A stretch of 64,000 bases of DNA, from contig CAYWTK010000004.1 in the NCBI GenBank assembly GCA_964460895.1, positions 5,787-69,786 on the forward strand. The letters run 5' to 3'. The stretch is from an uncultured Opitutaceae bacterium. Its GTDB lineage: Bacteria; Verrucomicrobiota; Verrucomicrobiia; Opitutales; Opitutaceae. Shown here one piece after another: positions 38,303 to 48,872 of the stretch. Under the pieces are notes generated by a model. It saw only the letters and a list, made by a program, of their open reading frames with translations, had not been told where the DNA came from and searched no databases. Within the stretch, counting starts at the first letter, position 1. Every line of letters starts with the position of its first letter. The translations under genes were made by a program, and so were the position numbers.

Positions 38303-39487
38303 ATGATTCCCCTCGACCGCCGCCGTTTCCTCGTCATGACCGCCGCCGCCACCGCCGCCGCCACCGCCGCCGCGATTGTCCGCGGTTCCGGTAGCCCGAC
38401 CGGCCTCGATGAACTCGACGCCCACCGTCCCTCGCGCCGCACGGACCTCCGCGAGTTCCATCGGCGCTGGTTGGGGACGACCCTGGTGGACGGGCGCTAT
38501 CACCTGACCGACCGGCCGAACCTGCTCGAGGGCGCGGACCAGATGCTCGCGCTCGGGACGACGGTGGGGAAGTTCTGGTTCGAGCCGCACCGCGCGGCCC
38601 GGGACAACCCCTGGAACAGCCGGTGGCCCGAGATGCGCACGCTGGTGGACCTCGCCTCGAGCCCGTATTGGCGGGAGGTCTTCGCCCGGCCCTTTACCGC
38701 GCTTTTCCTCGAGACGCACAGTCCCGCGGAGCGCGGCTGGAACAAGGACCACGGGCCCGACTACTACGCCCGCATCACCGCGGAATGGGAGGAGCTCGTG
38801 GACCACCTCTACGCCGCCCACGGGCACCGCGAGCTCACCATCGTCCTGCAGAATTGGGAGGGGGACTGGCAGCTTCGCGGGCTGGGAAAGCTCTGGGATC
38901 CCCCGCCGCCGGACTGGAAGGTGCGGTGCGCCCGCTACGCGCGGCGGCTGGCGGCGCGGCAGCTCGGCGTCACCCGGGCGCGGGCCCGCGCCCCCTCCGG
39001 CGCCCGGCTGCGGGTCGCCCACGCGGCCGAGGTCAATCGGGTGGCCGACGGTTGGAAGGGACTGCCGACCATGACCGAGCACGTCCTGCCGCTCGTCGAA
39101 TTGGACCTCGTCTCGTACAGCGCCTACGACGGCATGGCGGACGCCGCCACGCTCCGGCGCGCGATCGACACCATCCGGCGCTTCGCCCGCACGACCGGTC
39201 CGTGGGGCCCGGGCGCGGTCTTCCTCGGGGAGATCGGCATCCCGGAGAACGTCCACCCCGACCGCATCGCCGAGCGCTGGGATGAGCTGCTCGCCGCCTG
39301 CAGCCTCGCGGGCGTGCTTTGGGTCGTGCAGTGGCAGCTCTACTGCAACGAGCCCGACCCGCGCACCGCGCCGCATCCGCCGCCCCCGCTGCGCGACCCG
39401 CGCCACCTCCGCGGCTTCTGGCTCTACCGACCCGACGGCACGTTGAGCGAGACCGGCGCCTACTTCCGGCGCCTCTGGCAGGGATGA
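38303..39487 (+). CDS. Tat-exported hypothetical protein, possible TIM-barrel glycoside hydrolase
   Basis: DRRRFL twin-arginine signal; LQNWEGDW, SYSAYD, VFLGEIG segments; in operon with CAZymes. Confidence 0.65.
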   Translation: MIPLDRRRFLVMTAAATAAATAAAIVRGSGSPTGLDELDAHRPSRRTDLREFHRRWLGTTLVDGRYHLTDRPNLLEGADQMLALGTTVGKFWFEPHRAARDNPWNSRWPEMRTLVDLASSPYWREVFARPFTALFLETHSPAERGWNKDHGPDYYARITAEWEELVDHLYAAHGHRELTIVLQNWEGDWQLRGLGKLWDPPPPDWKVRCARYARRLAARQLGVTRARARAPSGARLRVAHAAEVNRVADGWKGLPTMTEHVLPLVELDLVSYSAYDGMADAATLRRAIDTIRRFARTTGPWGPGAVFLGEIGIPENVHPDRIAERWDELLAACSLAGVLWVVQWQLYCNEPDPRTAPHPPPPLRDPRHLRGFWLYRPDGTLSETGAYFRRLWQG

Positions 39488-40245
39488 AGCCGCGCGCCGC
39501 CGATGACCGTCCCGTGGGTCGCCGGGACTTCCTGCGGACGGCCGCTGCGGCCTCGCTTCTGCCGGTGCTGCCGGCGACCCTTTCCGCCACCATGAAGCCC
39601 TCGCGCTCCTTGCCCGCCCAAGCGGTCGTCCTCTTCCAGGGCGACTCCATCACCGACTGCCTGCGCGACCGGACGCGCAGCTGGCCCAACGATCCCACGG
39701 CGCTCGGTGCCGGCTACGCCGGCCGTGTCGCCGGCGACCTGCAAGCCGCCTACCCCGGCGCTGGCTGGCGGTTCTACAACCGGGGCATCAGCGGCGACCG
39801 CGTGGTGGACCTTCTCGGGCGCTGGCGGCGCGACGCGCTCGCGCTGCAGCCCGACCTCGTGAGCATCCTCGTCGGCGTCAACGACACGTGGCACGAGCAC
39901 CTCAACGGCAACGGCATCCCCGTCGACCGCTACGCCGAGCTCTACCGCCTGCTCCTGCGGGACACGCGCGCGGCCCGGCCGGACTGCGTGCTCGTCCTCG
40001 GCGAGCCCTTCGCCCTGCCGGGCGGCGAATTCAATGACGCCTGGATGGCCGAGCTGCGGGCCCGTGGCGCCGTGGTGCGTCGGCTCGCGGAGGAGTTCGG
40101 TGCGGCCTTCGTGCCTTACCAGGCCATGTTCGAGGCGGCGCAGCGGCTCCACTCCGCCACCGAGCTCGCCTCTGACGGCGTGCACCCGTCGCCGTTGGGG
40201 CACCAGCTGATGGCGGCGGCGTGGCGGACCGCGGCCGGATTGTGA
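39484..40245 (+). CDS. SGNH/GDSL-family esterase with Tat-like signal
   Basis: GRRDFL signal; FQGDSITD, NRGISG, GVND, DGVHP blocks. Confidence 0.9.
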   Translation: MKPRAADDRPVGRRDFLRTAAAASLLPVLPATLSATMKPSRSLPAQAVVLFQGDSITDCLRDRTRSWPNDPTALGAGYAGRVAGDLQAAYPGAGWRFYNRGISGDRVVDLLGRWRRDALALQPDLVSILVGVNDTWHEHLNGNGIPVDRYAELYRLLLRDTRAARPDCVLVLGEPFALPGGEFNDAWMAELRARGAVVRRLAEEFGAAFVPYQAMFEAAQRLHSATELASDGVHPSPLGHQLMAAAWRTAAGL

Positions 40246-40359
40246 GGGGCTGGCCGCGGGCGGCAAGAGATGTCCCGCCCGTTGACCGGAGGGGGGCGCG
40301 TCCGAGGCCGACGTCGCGGTCGTCGTCACCCCGACCCGCCCCTCGCCGAGGGGCGGGCG

Positions 40360-42471
40360 TCAGGCGACGACGCAGGGAACCGAGGCGGGTGCGGGCACGC
40401 CCAGCTCGCGCGCCCGGTCGCTCGGGGCGGCGAAGGCGGCCAGGATGTGCCATTCTCCCGGCACGCGGCGGCGGACCCCCGCCTCGTCGTGCAGCGCCCA
40501 GAGGTCCGGCCCCAGGGAGATCGTCGCGGTCGCGGTCGCGCGCGCGGGCAGCTCGACGACCGCGAAATCGAACAGCGCGACGCGCGGACCGCCGCACCCG
40601 GGCGGCGGGACGCGGTAGAACTGCACGACCGTGCGTCCGGGGCGGGCGCCGGTGTTGGTGAGGTCGACCGAGACCGAGACCGGTTGCCCGGCGTCGTCTC
40701 GGGAGAGCCGCGCGTCGTGGAGCCCCCAGGTCGTGTAGCCGAGTCCGTAGCCGAACGGGAACAGCGGCGGTTTCTCCGCGAAGCGGTAGGTGCGGCCGCG
40801 CAGGGCGTAGTCCTCGAAGGGCGGCAGGTCCTCGGTCGCGCGCGGGACGGTCACCGGCAACCGCCCGCCCGGCTCGGCGTCGCCGAAGAGCACCGCCGCC
40901 ACTGCGCGGCCCCCCTCGGCGCCGGGATACCACGCGTGCAGGATCGCGTCGCACCACTCGGCCGCCTCCGGGCAGGCGATGGCGCCGCCGCCGGTGAGGA
41001 TGAGGATGGTGGGCTTCCCGTTGGCGCGAAGACGGTCGAGAAACGCGCGTTGGCCGGCGGGCAGCTCGATGCGCGCGCGGTCGCCGGCGAGCGGCGATGC
41101 GAACGCGTCGCCCTCTTCGCCCTCGTAGCAAGGCAGCGTGCCGAGGACGGCGATCGTGACGTCCGCTTGCGTGCACTCCCAGACGGCGCCGGGTCCGGGG
41201 GGCACGCGCTCGTCGTCGGGCAGGCACCCGAGGCTGTAGCCGAGGCGCAGGCCCTCGGGCGCGCGTTCCGCGACGCCCTCAAGGATCGTCGTCAGTCCGG
41301 GACAGACGCCGAAGTAGTTGCCGAGCAGCGCGTCGACGCTGGCGGCGCCGGGACCGACGACCATCGCGCTGCGCACGGTCGGCGCGATCGGCAGCACGCC
41401 GTTGTTCCGCAACAGCACGAGCGAGTTCAGCGCCGCGCGCCGCGCGAGCGCGCGGTGCGCGGCGCACGCGACGACCTCCGGCGGAGTCGCCGCGTAGGGC
41501 ACGCGTTCGGGCGGGTCGAAGAGCCCGAGGCGGAAGCGGGTGCGCAGCACGCGGCGCAGGGAGCGGTCGATGTCGGCCGTCGTGACAAGACCGCGCCGGT
41601 GCGCCACGAGCAGGTCGTTGTACGTGCATCCGCAGTTCAGGTCGGTGCCGTGCCGCAGCGCGAACGCGGCCGATTCGACCGGGCCGGCCGTGAGGCCGTG
41701 GCTCCGATGGAGATCGTCCAAAGCGCCGCAGTCGGACACGTAGTGGCCGGCGAAGCCCCAGTCCTCGCGCAGGATCCTCTGCAGCTTCGGGCTCGCGCAA
41801 CAGGCTTCGCCGTTGGTGCGGTTGTAGGCGCCCATCACGGCCTCGACGCCCGCGCGCACCACCCGCTCGAAGTGCGGCAAGTAGCTCTCGTGAAGGTCGC
41901 GCGGACTGACACGCGCGTCGAAGCCGTGGCGCTGCGCCTCTGGGCCGCTGTGGACGGCGAAGTGCTTCGCGCAGGCGGCGACCTTGAGGTGCCGCGGGTC
42001 GTCGCCCTGCAGGCCGCGCACGAACGCGGCTCCGAGCTCGCCCGTGAGCACGGGGTCCTCGCCGAACGTCTCCTGGCCGCGGCCCCACCGCGGGTCACGG
42101 TAGAGGTTGATGTTCGGCGTCCAAAACGTGAGTCCCTGGTACCAGCCGCTGCCGCCGTCGCCGCGCGCCCGCACGGCGGCATGGTGCTTCGCGCGCGCTT
42201 CGGTGGCGATCGTATCGCCGACAGCGTGCACGAGCGCGCGGTCGAAGGTCGCCCCCAGCCCGATGGCTTGGGGGAAGACCGTGGCGCGGCCGTTGCGCCC
42301 GACGCCGTGGCAACCTTCGTTCCACCAGTTGTAGGCGGGCAGGCCGAGGCGCGGCACCGCCGCGCTGTCGTTCATCAGCTGACCGACCTTCTCGGGCAGG
42401 TCGAGGCGGGCGACGAGGTCGTCGAGGCGTTGCTCCAGCGGCAGGTCGGGGTCGCGAAAGGGGAGGCTCAT
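40360..42471 (-). CDS. GH3 beta-xylosidase/beta-glucosidase
   Basis: WWNEGCHG, WTPNIN, RDPRWGRGQETFGEDP, KHFAVH, MGAYN, VSDCGA, FPFGYGLGY motifs. Confidence 0.94.
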   Translation of the reverse strand: MSLPFRDPDLPLEQRLDDLVARLDLPEKVGQLMNDSAAVPRLGLPAYNWWNEGCHGVGRNGRATVFPQAIGLGATFDRALVHAVGDTIATEARAKHHAAVRARGDGGSGWYQGLTFWTPNINLYRDPRWGRGQETFGEDPVLTGELGAAFVRGLQGDDPRHLKVAACAKHFAVHSGPEAQRHGFDARVSPRDLHESYLPHFERVVRAGVEAVMGAYNRTNGEACCASPKLQRILREDWGFAGHYVSDCGALDDLHRSHGLTAGPVESAAFALRHGTDLNCGCTYNDLLVAHRRGLVTTADIDRSLRRVLRTRFRLGLFDPPERVPYAATPPEVVACAAHRALARRAALNSLVLLRNNGVLPIAPTVRSAMVVGPGAASVDALLGNYFGVCPGLTTILEGVAERAPEGLRLGYSLGCLPDDERVPPGPGAVWECTQADVTIAVLGTLPCYEGEEGDAFASPLAGDRARIELPAGQRAFLDRLRANGKPTILILTGGGAIACPEAAEWCDAILHAWYPGAEGGRAVAAVLFGDAEPGGRLPVTVPRATEDLPPFEDYALRGRTYRFAEKPPLFPFGYGLGYTTWGLHDARLSRDDAGQPVSVSVDLTNTGARPGRTVVQFYRVPPPGCGGPRVALFDFAVVELPARATATATISLGPDLWALHDEAGVRRRVPGEWHILAAFAAPSDRARELGVPAPASVPCVVA

Positions 42472-42480
42472 GGTGGATAT

Positions 42481-43049
42481 TCAGGAAGGCGGCGCGTGGC
42501 GGCGGAACCACCGGAAAACGCCGGCCGTTCCGGCGAGCGCGGCGGCGAAGCCATGGGCGGCCAGACCGGGCCGGAGCAGGAGGCTGTAGCCGATGCCGAT
42601 CGTGGTGCCGAGGCGGAAGGCGGCGCCGCCTGCGAGGTCTCCGAACGCGCGCCAGATGGGCACGTCCGACCGGTCCGCCGGAGCGAGCGCGCGTGACACC
42701 GCGCCCACCAGTCGCCGGGGCGCGCCTTGTCGTGGAGGGCGAGCAGGCGCTCGCGCGCGACGGCTCGGGTGCGGAGCACGACGCCAATGGCGAAGACGCC
42801 GTCGAGCATCCACCAGAGCCGCTGCAGCCCGCGGTCCCGCGCCATCTCGGTCACGACCAGCGGGGTGTCCGGGGCGACGTTCGTGGCCTCCGGGGAGACG
42901 CCGTTGATGCACCACGGCAGGCGGCGCGAACCGACGAAGTAGCTCTCCGTCTCGTGACCGGCCCGGCGGCTCATCGCGAGCCCGATCCCCACGGGCAGGG
43001 ACAGGTAGCCGCCGTTCAACGCACATGCGATCCAGTGGAGGGGTGGCAT
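42481..43049 (-). pseudogene. Sodium:solute symporter remnant (internal deletion plus frameshift)
   Basis: N-terminal SSS-like YFVGSRRLPW..GVS..ATN.APDTPL.VTE joined almost directly to C-terminal-like RPGDWW, with final hydrophobic helices in another frame; only ~570 bp. Confidence 0.65.
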
Positions 43050-43628
43050 CGGGACGGTCCGGACCAAGGCCAGCCTGGTTTCGGCTTCAATCCGGAAGCG
43101 GCCGGGCGCGAGCCGGCGCCGGGCGCGCGAACGCGGGTGGCCGGTGGCTAAGGGCGTGGCTGCCGAGCGAGAGGAGGCTCCTCGCCACGCCCGTCGGCCG
43201 CGCGACCGGTTCATGGATAAAAGCCCCGCGACCGGCGCGCGCCTTGTAACCGCATGGCGGTAATCCCACGGGGTCAGGCCGCTGTTCGTTGCTTCCGTGA
43301 TTGAGTGCCGCGCCGGTCGACGGGCGTCGTGGCTGCGGAGCTCGCAGAGGTTCGGGCGGCGTTTTGCTCTTCTCGTTTCGGTGGCGCTGGGCGCAGTTTC
43401 AGCGCCAGCGCGCCAGCTCGGTCTGGCAACGACGGGCGGTGGACGGGCGCAATGGGTTTCTTGGGGAGGCTGTGCGGGACGCTAGAGACGATCTCACCTG
43501 AGACCGGGCCGTTCCGGCCTGCTGTGGGCTGCCCCCGATCAGCCGGGGCGCCGTGGTGCTTCTTCCGTCTGCCGTCGATCAGAACAAGGTTCGCGTTCGC
43601 GGCTCTCCGCGTATAGCCATTCCTCAAG

Positions 43629-46600
43629 ATGAGTTGTGAATCCACGGGCGGAGGGTGGAGGAACGGCATTTCGCCACGCTTCGTGCGGCACGTGGCCGCC
43701 GCGGTCGTGTGGCTGGCGGGCTGCGGCGGGTTGCTCGGGGCCGACGCGGTCACCGCCGTCCGCCTGCAGCTCAAGTGGCGCCACCAGTTCCAGTTCGCGG
43801 GCTACTACGCCGCGCAGGCCAAGGGCTACTACGCGCAGGAGAGGCTTTCGGTGCAGATCATCGAAGGCGGACCGACGCGTCCGCCGCTCGCCACGGTGCT
43901 GCGCGGCGAGGCGGATTTCGGCGTCGCCGACTCCGACGTCCTCATCGCCCGGATGAACGGTCATCCGGTGGTGGTGTGCGCCGCCGTCTTCCAGCACTCG
44001 CCCTATGTCTTCCTGAGCCGCGCCGCGGACGGCATCCGTACGCCGGCGCAGCTGGTCGGCCGGCGCGTGATGCTCGACGAGGGCCAGGGCGCGGCGCAGT
44101 TCCGCGCCATGCTGCAGGGGGAGGGCGTGGACGTCGCGCAGGTCACCCTGCTGCCGCACAGCTGGACGCTCGACGACCTCGTCGCGGGCCGCACCGACGC
44201 CATATCCGCCTACGCGACCGTGGAGCCGTTCCTGCTCCGGGCGCGCGGCGTGGAGCCCGCCGTGCTCCGCGCCCTCGACTACGGCGTGGATTTCTACGGC
44301 GACACGCTGTTCACCACCGGCGGCTACATCGCGGCGCACCCGGAGCGGGCCGCCGCCTTCGTCCGCGCCAGCCTGCGCGGCTGGCGGTACGCGATGGAGC
44401 ATCCCGAGGAGATCATCGACCTGATCCTGGCCATGCCCGAGGCGTCGGGCCGCGGCGTCACCCGCGAGCTGCTCCGCGCCGAGGCCGAGGCCATGCGCGA
44501 CTACATCCTGCCCGAGGTGGTGGAGATCGGCCACGTGAATCCCGGCCGGTGGCGGCACATCGCCGACATCCTCGTCGCCCAGGGAATCGCGCCCGCCGGA
44601 GCGGACCTCGACGGCTTCCTGCTCGCGCCCGACCCGGGCCGGGACGCCGAGTCGAAGGTCTGGCTGTACCGCACCGCCGTCGGGGCCGCAGTGGTCGCGT
44701 TCGCCGCGCTCCTCGTCCTCCTGTGGGTCCTGCAGATGCGCCGCGTGGTCGCCGAGCGCACGCGTTCCCTGCGGGAGGAGATCGCCCGCCGCGAGGTCGC
44801 GGAGCAGGAGCTGCGCAACGGCCGGGACCGGCTGAACTTCGCGCAACGGGTCGCGCAGATCGGCAGCTGGGACGCCGAAATCCCCGCGGGCGGCATCCGC
44901 TGGTCCGACGAGACCCACCGCATCTTCGGCACGGACCCCGCCGCGTTCGCCCCCACGCACGCGACCTTCCTGGAGCGGGTCCATCCCGACGACCGCGCGG
45001 CCGTCGACGCCGCGTTCCACGCCTCGTTCCACTCCGACGAGGACCACCGGATCGAGTACCGCATCGTGCTGCCCGACCGGCGGACGAAGACCGTCGAGGA
45101 GCGCTGGGTGATCCAGCGGGACGCCGGCGGCGCCCCGGTCCGCGCCGTCGGCACGTGCCAGGACATCACCGAACGCCTCGCGCTGGAATCCGAGCGGCGG
45201 CTGCTCGAGAACTCGGTGGCCCGGCTGAACGACATCATCATCATCACCGATGCCGACCAGCCGACCGGGCCGGGACCGCACATCGTCTTCGTGAACGACG
45301 CGTTCGAGCGCCTGACCGGCTACACCCGCGCCGAGGTGCTGGGGCGCGCCCCCCGGATGCTCCAGGGGCCCCGGACCTCCCGCGAGGCGCTGAACCGGAT
45401 CCGCGACGCCATCGTCGCCGGTCGGCCGGTCCACGAGGAGATCGTCAACTATTCGAAGGACGGGCGGGAGTACTGGGTGGACATCAACATCAGCCCGGTG
45501 CTCGACGCGGCCGGCCGGGTCACCCACTTCGTGGCGGTCGAGCGCGACGTCACCGAGCGCAAGAAGCTGGAGGCCCAGTTCCTCCGGGCCCAGCGCATGG
45601 AGAGCATCGGCACCCTCGCCGGCGGCATTGCCCACGACCTCAACAACCTGCTCGCGCCGATCATCATGGGGGTGGACCTGCTGCGGCACCGTGATCCGCG
45701 GGCCGAGGTCCGCACCGTGCTCGACAACATGGCGCGCGCCGCGCACCGCGGCGCCGAGCTCGTGCGCCAGGTGCTCACCTTCGCGCGCGGCGTCGAGGGC
45801 GAGCGCGTGGTCGTGCGGGCGGGCCACATCGCCCGGGAGATCGAGTCGATGGTCGCCAACACGTTCCCCAAGAACATCCGCTTCTATTCGGAGGTGCCGC
45901 AGGACCTTTGGACCATCGTGGGGGACCCGACGCAGCTCAACCAGGTCCTGCTGAACCTGTGCGTGAACGCCCGGGACGCGATGCCGAAGGGCGGCACGCT
46001 CTCCCTCCTCGCGCGCAACGTGGACGTCGACGGGCCGCTCGCCGAGATGAGCAGCGCGGCCGCCCCCGGGCCCCACGTGTGCCTGGAGGTGACGGACACC
46101 GGCTGCGGCATGACGCGGGAGGTCCTCGACCGCATCTTCGAGCCGTTCTTCACCACCAAGCCGCAGGGCGCCGGCACCGGCCTCGGCCTCTCGACCGTGC
46201 TCGGCATCGTGCGCGGCCACGGGGGCTTCGTGAACGTCTACAGCGAGCCCGGCAAGGGCAGCACCTTCAAGGTGTACCTTCCCGCGAACTTCTCCCCCGG
46301 CGCCTCCCCGGGCGAAGGCAGAGCGCCGGTCCAGCTGCCGCGCGGCGAGGGCGAGCTCGTGCTGATCGTGGACGACGAGGCGCCGATCCTCGGCGTCACG
46401 CGGCAGACGCTGGAGGCCTTCGGCTACCGCGTCCTGACCGCCGAGGACGGGGCCCAGGCCATCGCCCTCTTCGCCGCGAACCGCAGCAGCATCGCGGCCC
46501 TGCTCACCGACATGATGATGCCGGTGATGGACGGCCCCGCGCTGATCGCGGCGGTGCGCCGCATCGATCCGAACCTGCCCATCGTCGCCTCCAGCGGACT

Positions 46601-46748
46601 CGCCTCGCCCGGCGGCATGGCCCGCATCCCGTCGACGAACGTGAAGTACTTCCTCCACAAGCCCTACAACACCGAGCTGCTGTTGAGGTCCATCCGGCAG
46701 GCGATCGACGAAGGCCGGCGCCTGGAAGCGCCTCGTTCGGGGACCTGA
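43629..46748 (+). CDS. Hybrid sensor histidine kinase (NMT1/THI5-like solute-binding domain, TM, 2 PAS, HisKA, HATPase, REC)
   Basis: [48 protein letters not shown]-terminal VDDE/TDMMMP; exact start uncertain. Confidence 0.9.
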   Translation: MSCESTGGGWRNGISPRFVRHVAAAVVWLAGCGGLLGADAVTAVRLQLKWRHQFQFAGYYAAQAKGYYAQERLSVQIIEGGPTRPPLATVLRGEADFGVADSDVLIARMNGHPVVVCAAVFQHSPYVFLSRAADGIRTPAQLVGRRVMLDEGQGAAQFRAMLQGEGVDVAQVTLLPHSWTLDDLVAGRTDAISAYATVEPFLLRARGVEPAVLRALDYGVDFYGDTLFTTGGYIAAHPERAAAFVRASLRGWRYAMEHPEEIIDLILAMPEASGRGVTRELLRAEAEAMRDYILPEVVEIGHVNPGRWRHIADILVAQGIAPAGADLDGFLLAPDPGRDAESKVWLYRTAVGAAVVAFAALLVLLWVLQMRRVVAERTRSLREEIARREVAEQELRNGRDRLNFAQRVAQIGSWDAEIPAGGIRWSDETHRIFGTDPAAFAPTHATFLERVHPDDRAAVDAAFHASFHSDEDHRIEYRIVLPDRRTKTVEERWVIQRDAGGAPVRAVGTCQDITERLALESERRLLENSVARLNDIIIITDADQPTGPGPHIVFVNDAFERLTGYTRAEVLGRAPRMLQGPRTSREALNRIRDAIVAGRPVHEEIVNYSKDGREYWVDINISPVLDAAGRVTHFVAVERDVTERKKLEAQFLRAQRMESIGTLAGGIAHDLNNLLAPIIMGVDLLRHRDPRAEVRTVLDNMARAAHRGAELVRQVLTFARGVEGERVVVRAGHIAREIESMVANTFPKNIRFYSEVPQDLWTIVGDPTQLNQVLLNLCVNARDAMPKGGTLSLLARNVDVDGPLAEMSSAAAPGPHVCLEVTDTGCGMTREVLDRIFEPFFTTKPQGAGTGLGLSTVLGIVRGHGGFVNVYSEPGKGSTFKVYLPANFSPGASPGEGRAPVQLPRGEGELVLIVDDEAPILGVTRQTLEAFGYRVLTAEDGAQAIALFAANRSSIAALLTDMMMPVMDGPALIAAVRRIDPNLPIVASSGLASPGGMARIPSTNVKYFLHKPYNTELLLRSIRQAIDEGRRLEAPRSGT

Positions 46749-46884
46749 GCGGCGGGCGCCCCGCCGACCCTCCGAACCGCGCCCGCGCGGCGCCTCCGCG
46801 CATCCCGGAGCGCGCGATCGCGCAAGACGTCGGGCTGCGCCGCATCCCCAACGCTTCGGGTTCGTCCCCGAAGATGCCGTCTCG

Positions 46885-46947
46885 CTGGAGCCGGGGCGCC
46901 CCCGCCCCGGTCGGCGGACGGACGCGGCGTGGGCGTCGCATCGCCAG
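46885..46947 (-). repeat. Degenerate copy of the ~65-bp REP-like unit at 57586 and 57748
   Basis: CTGGAGCCGGGGCGCCCCCGCCCCGG...GGGCGTCGCATCGCCAG resembles the reverse complement of those units. Confidence 0.7.
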
Positions 46948-46973
46948 GAGACGGCGAGCCGCCGCCCTCGCGG

Positions 46974-48872
46974 TCAGGCCGCGGGGCCCGCGGACGGCTC
47001 GAGGGCGGGGACGGGAGCCGCGGCGGGGAGGAAGACGCGGAACGTCGAGCCGCGGCCGACCGCGGTTTCCAGCTCGATGAAGCCCTGGTGGCGGTCCACC
47101 AGCGTGCGCACGGTGTAGAGGCCGAGGCCGGTGCCCTGGCCGGCAGGCTTGGTCGTGTGGAAGGGCGTCCAGATGGCCGCGAGCACCTCGGGTCGCATGC
47201 CGGTGCCGCTGTCGGACACCTCGATCCTCAGCCAGTCCCGGGGCGCGTCGCCCGGCGCGCCGGCGGTCGCGGATGACGCGCGGCGGACGTTGACGGCGCG
47301 CAGCGCGAGGGTGCCGCCCGCCGGCATGGCGTCGCGGGCGTTGACGCAGAGGTTGAGCAGGACCTGCCGCAGCTGGGTGGCGTTGCCCTGCACGGGATGG
47401 AGGTCGGGCGCCAGGTCGACCTCGAGGTGGATCGACTCCGGAAAGGTGTCGGCGACGATCCGGGCCAGGTCCCGCAGCACCGGCTCGACCGCGGTCAGGG
47501 CGAACTCGCTGGTGGTGCTGCGCACGAAGCCGACGAGCTGCTTCACCAGGTCCGCCCCGTGGGCCGCGCTGCGCTGGATGGTCTCGAGGATCTTCGCCTC
47601 CCGCGGGCTCTGCAGACCGGCGCGGAGGAGCGGCGCGGCGACGATGATCGGGGCCAGGGCGTTGTTCAGGTCGTGGGCGATGCCGGCCGCCAGCATGCCG
47701 AGGCTTTCGAGCCGCTGGGCGTGGATGAGCTTCTCCTCGGGCTGCCGCTTCTCGGTCACGTCGGACGCGAGGACCAGGCAGGCGGACCGGCCGTTGAACT
47801 CGAGGGCGGTGCTGGTGAGCTCCACGCGGATGACCGAACCGTCCTTGCGCCGGTGGCGTCTCTCCTCCGTGTGGCCGGCGGCTGGGCGGGCCGGCGCGGT
47901 CGGCGCCGGGACGTGCTCGTCGGCGGGACGGATGTCCGCGAGCGTCATGGCGAGGAATTCGTCCGCGCTGAAACCGTAATGGCGGACCGCCGCGCGGTTG
48001 ACCGCGAGGAACCGCGCCGTCTCGAGGTCGTGCAGCCACATCGGCAGCGGGTTGCTCTCGAAGAAAAGGCGGTATTGCTCGGCGCTCCGGCGCTGGGCCT
48101 CCTCCGCCTGCTTGCGGGCCGTCAGGTCCTGCTTGATGGCGATGAAGTGGGTGATGGCCCCGGCCGCGTCGCGCACGGGCGTGATGGACTGCTCCTCGTG
48201 GTAGAGGGTGCCGTCCTTGCGGCGGTTCACGAGTTCGCCGCGCCACACGCGTCCGGCGAGGATCGTGCCCCAGAGCTCCGCGTAGCGGGCGGCGGGCTCC
48301 CGGCCGGATTTCACCAGCTCCCGCGGGATGCGCCCGAGCGCCTCGGACGACGCGTAGCCGGTCAGGGCGGTGAAGGCGGGATTCACCCACTCGATCCTGC
48401 CCTCCCGGTCCGTGATGAGGATGGCGTTGGCGGCGGCGTCGAGTCCGGCGGTCTGGAGGCGGACGAGGTTCTCGGCCCGACGCCGCTCCCGGCGCACGAC
48501 CGCCTCGCCGAGCTCGCGTCCGACCGCGGAGGCGAGCCGCTCCAGCCGGTTCTTCATCACGTAGTCGTGGGCCCCCGCCTTCATCGCGGCGACGGCCGCG
48601 TCCTCGCCGACAGTGCCGGAGACGAGGATGAAGGGCAGGTCGAGGCCGCTGGCCTGGACCGCCCGCAGGGCCGCGGTGCCGCTGAATTGCGGCAGGCGGT
48701 CGTCGGCGAGCACGATGTCCCAGGACCCGTCCCGCAGCGCGGACTCCAGTCCCTCGGCCGTCTCGACCCGCTCCGCCTGGACGTCGTAGCCACCGTCCCG
48801 GAGGCGGCACACGATGAGGTCGGCGTCGTCGGCCGAATCCTCGACCAGGAGGCAGCGGAGCGGGGTGGTCAT
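46974..48872 (-). CDS. REC-PAS-PAS histidine kinase (cytoplasmic)
   Basis: LLVEDSADD receiver, two [36 protein letters not shown]. Confidence 0.92.
   Translation of the reverse strand: MTTPLRCLLVEDSADDADLIVCRLRDGGYDVQAERVETAEGLESALRDGSWDIVLADDRLPQFSGTAALRAVQASGLDLPFILVSGTVGEDAAVAAMKAGAHDYVMKNRLERLASAVGRELGEAVVRRERRRAENLVRLQTAGLDAAANAILITDREGRIEWVNPAFTALTGYASSEALGRIPRELVKSGREPAARYAELWGTILAGRVWRGELVNRRKDGTLYHEEQSITPVRDAAGAITHFIAIKQDLTARKQAEEAQRRSAEQYRLFFESNPLPMWLHDLETARFLAVNRAAVRHYGFSADEFLAMTLADIRPADEHVPAPTAPARPAAGHTEERRHRRKDGSVIRVELTSTALEFNGRSACLVLASDVTEKRQPEEKLIHAQRLESLGMLAAGIAHDLNNALAPIIVAAPLLRAGLQSPREAKILETIQRSAAHGADLVKQLVGFVRSTTSEFALTAVEPVLRDLARIVADTFPESIHLEVDLAPDLHPVQGNATQLRQVLLNLCVNARDAMPAGGTLALRAVNVRRASSATAGAPGDAPRDWLRIEVSDSGTGMRPEVLAAIWTPFHTTKPAGQGTGLGLYTVRTLVDRHQGFIELETAVGRGSTFRVFLPAAAPVPALEPSAGPAA

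Noticed and set aside
43274..43774. Short ORFs in the gap before the hybrid kinase
   Set aside because: No motifs, atypical codon use and mutually overlapping frames; treated as non-coding or decayed sequence
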